Positions 63,936-64,000 of a DNA stretch of 64,000 nt are shown here, piece by piece (the first letter of the stretch is position 1; every line of letters starts with the position of its first letter). The notes beneath the pieces are model-generated. The model did no database searches. It had not been told where the DNA came from and was given only the letters and a program-made list of their open reading frames with translations. The position numbers and the translations under genes were made by a program. Source of the stretch: Eledone cirrhosa (lineage: Eukaryota); contig OZ024750.1 of the NCBI GenBank assembly GCA_964016885.1, positions 33,976,001 through 34,040,000 of the forward strand, given 5' to 3'.

Positions 63936-63994
63936 GCTGTTATATATATTTCAGTGATAACCATTATTCAACAGTTATGACCTCATCAGACTGC
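63936..63994 (-). ncRNA. Type I hammerhead motif
   Basis: Minus strand GCAGT-CTGATGA-GGTCATAAC..GTTATCACT-GAAA-TATATA-TA-ACAGC. Confidence 0.75.
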
Positions 63995-64000
63995 TAGAAC

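Overview
AT-rich, repeat-dense eukaryotic DNA, intronic or intergenic. The mix of tRNA-derived SINEs, (TA)n/(CA)n microsatellites and (TTAGGG)n looks like an octopod cephalopod; this is inference from repeat content. No intact host gene is visible: every long ORF in the track is a satellite/microsatellite artefact or a decayed retroelement fragment. Mobile content: about 25 copies of one tRNA-derived SINE (SINE-A, many with clean TSDs), other SINE families, ten copies of a ~200-220 bp TTAA/CCC piggyBac-type MITE, TA- and 8-bp-TSD MITEs, non-autonomous Helitrons, and LINE relics resembling RTE, Vingi, CR1, R4/Dong, CRE and Penelope. Several homogeneous satellites (46, 28, 23, 56, 48, 130 bp units) and a 200-N gap are present. 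The most notable signal is a set of self-cleaving ribozyme folds absent from the ORF track. Four sequence-unrelated minimal type I hammerheads with palindromic or near-palindromic stem III (15978-, 17066+, 63179+, 63936-), plus two relics near a Penelope GIY-YIG fragment, sit in short segments abutting (TA)n tracts. A candidate HDV-like ribozyme marks the 5' end of two RTE-type 5' UTR copies (15316+, 17846-). Also seen: a twin-primed (5'-inverted) RTE insertion, reciprocal SINE/MITE nesting, a SINE sharing its tail with a local RTE LINE, and one candidate minus-strand host exon (20770-20895). Coordinates were counted by hand and diverged boundaries are approximate.
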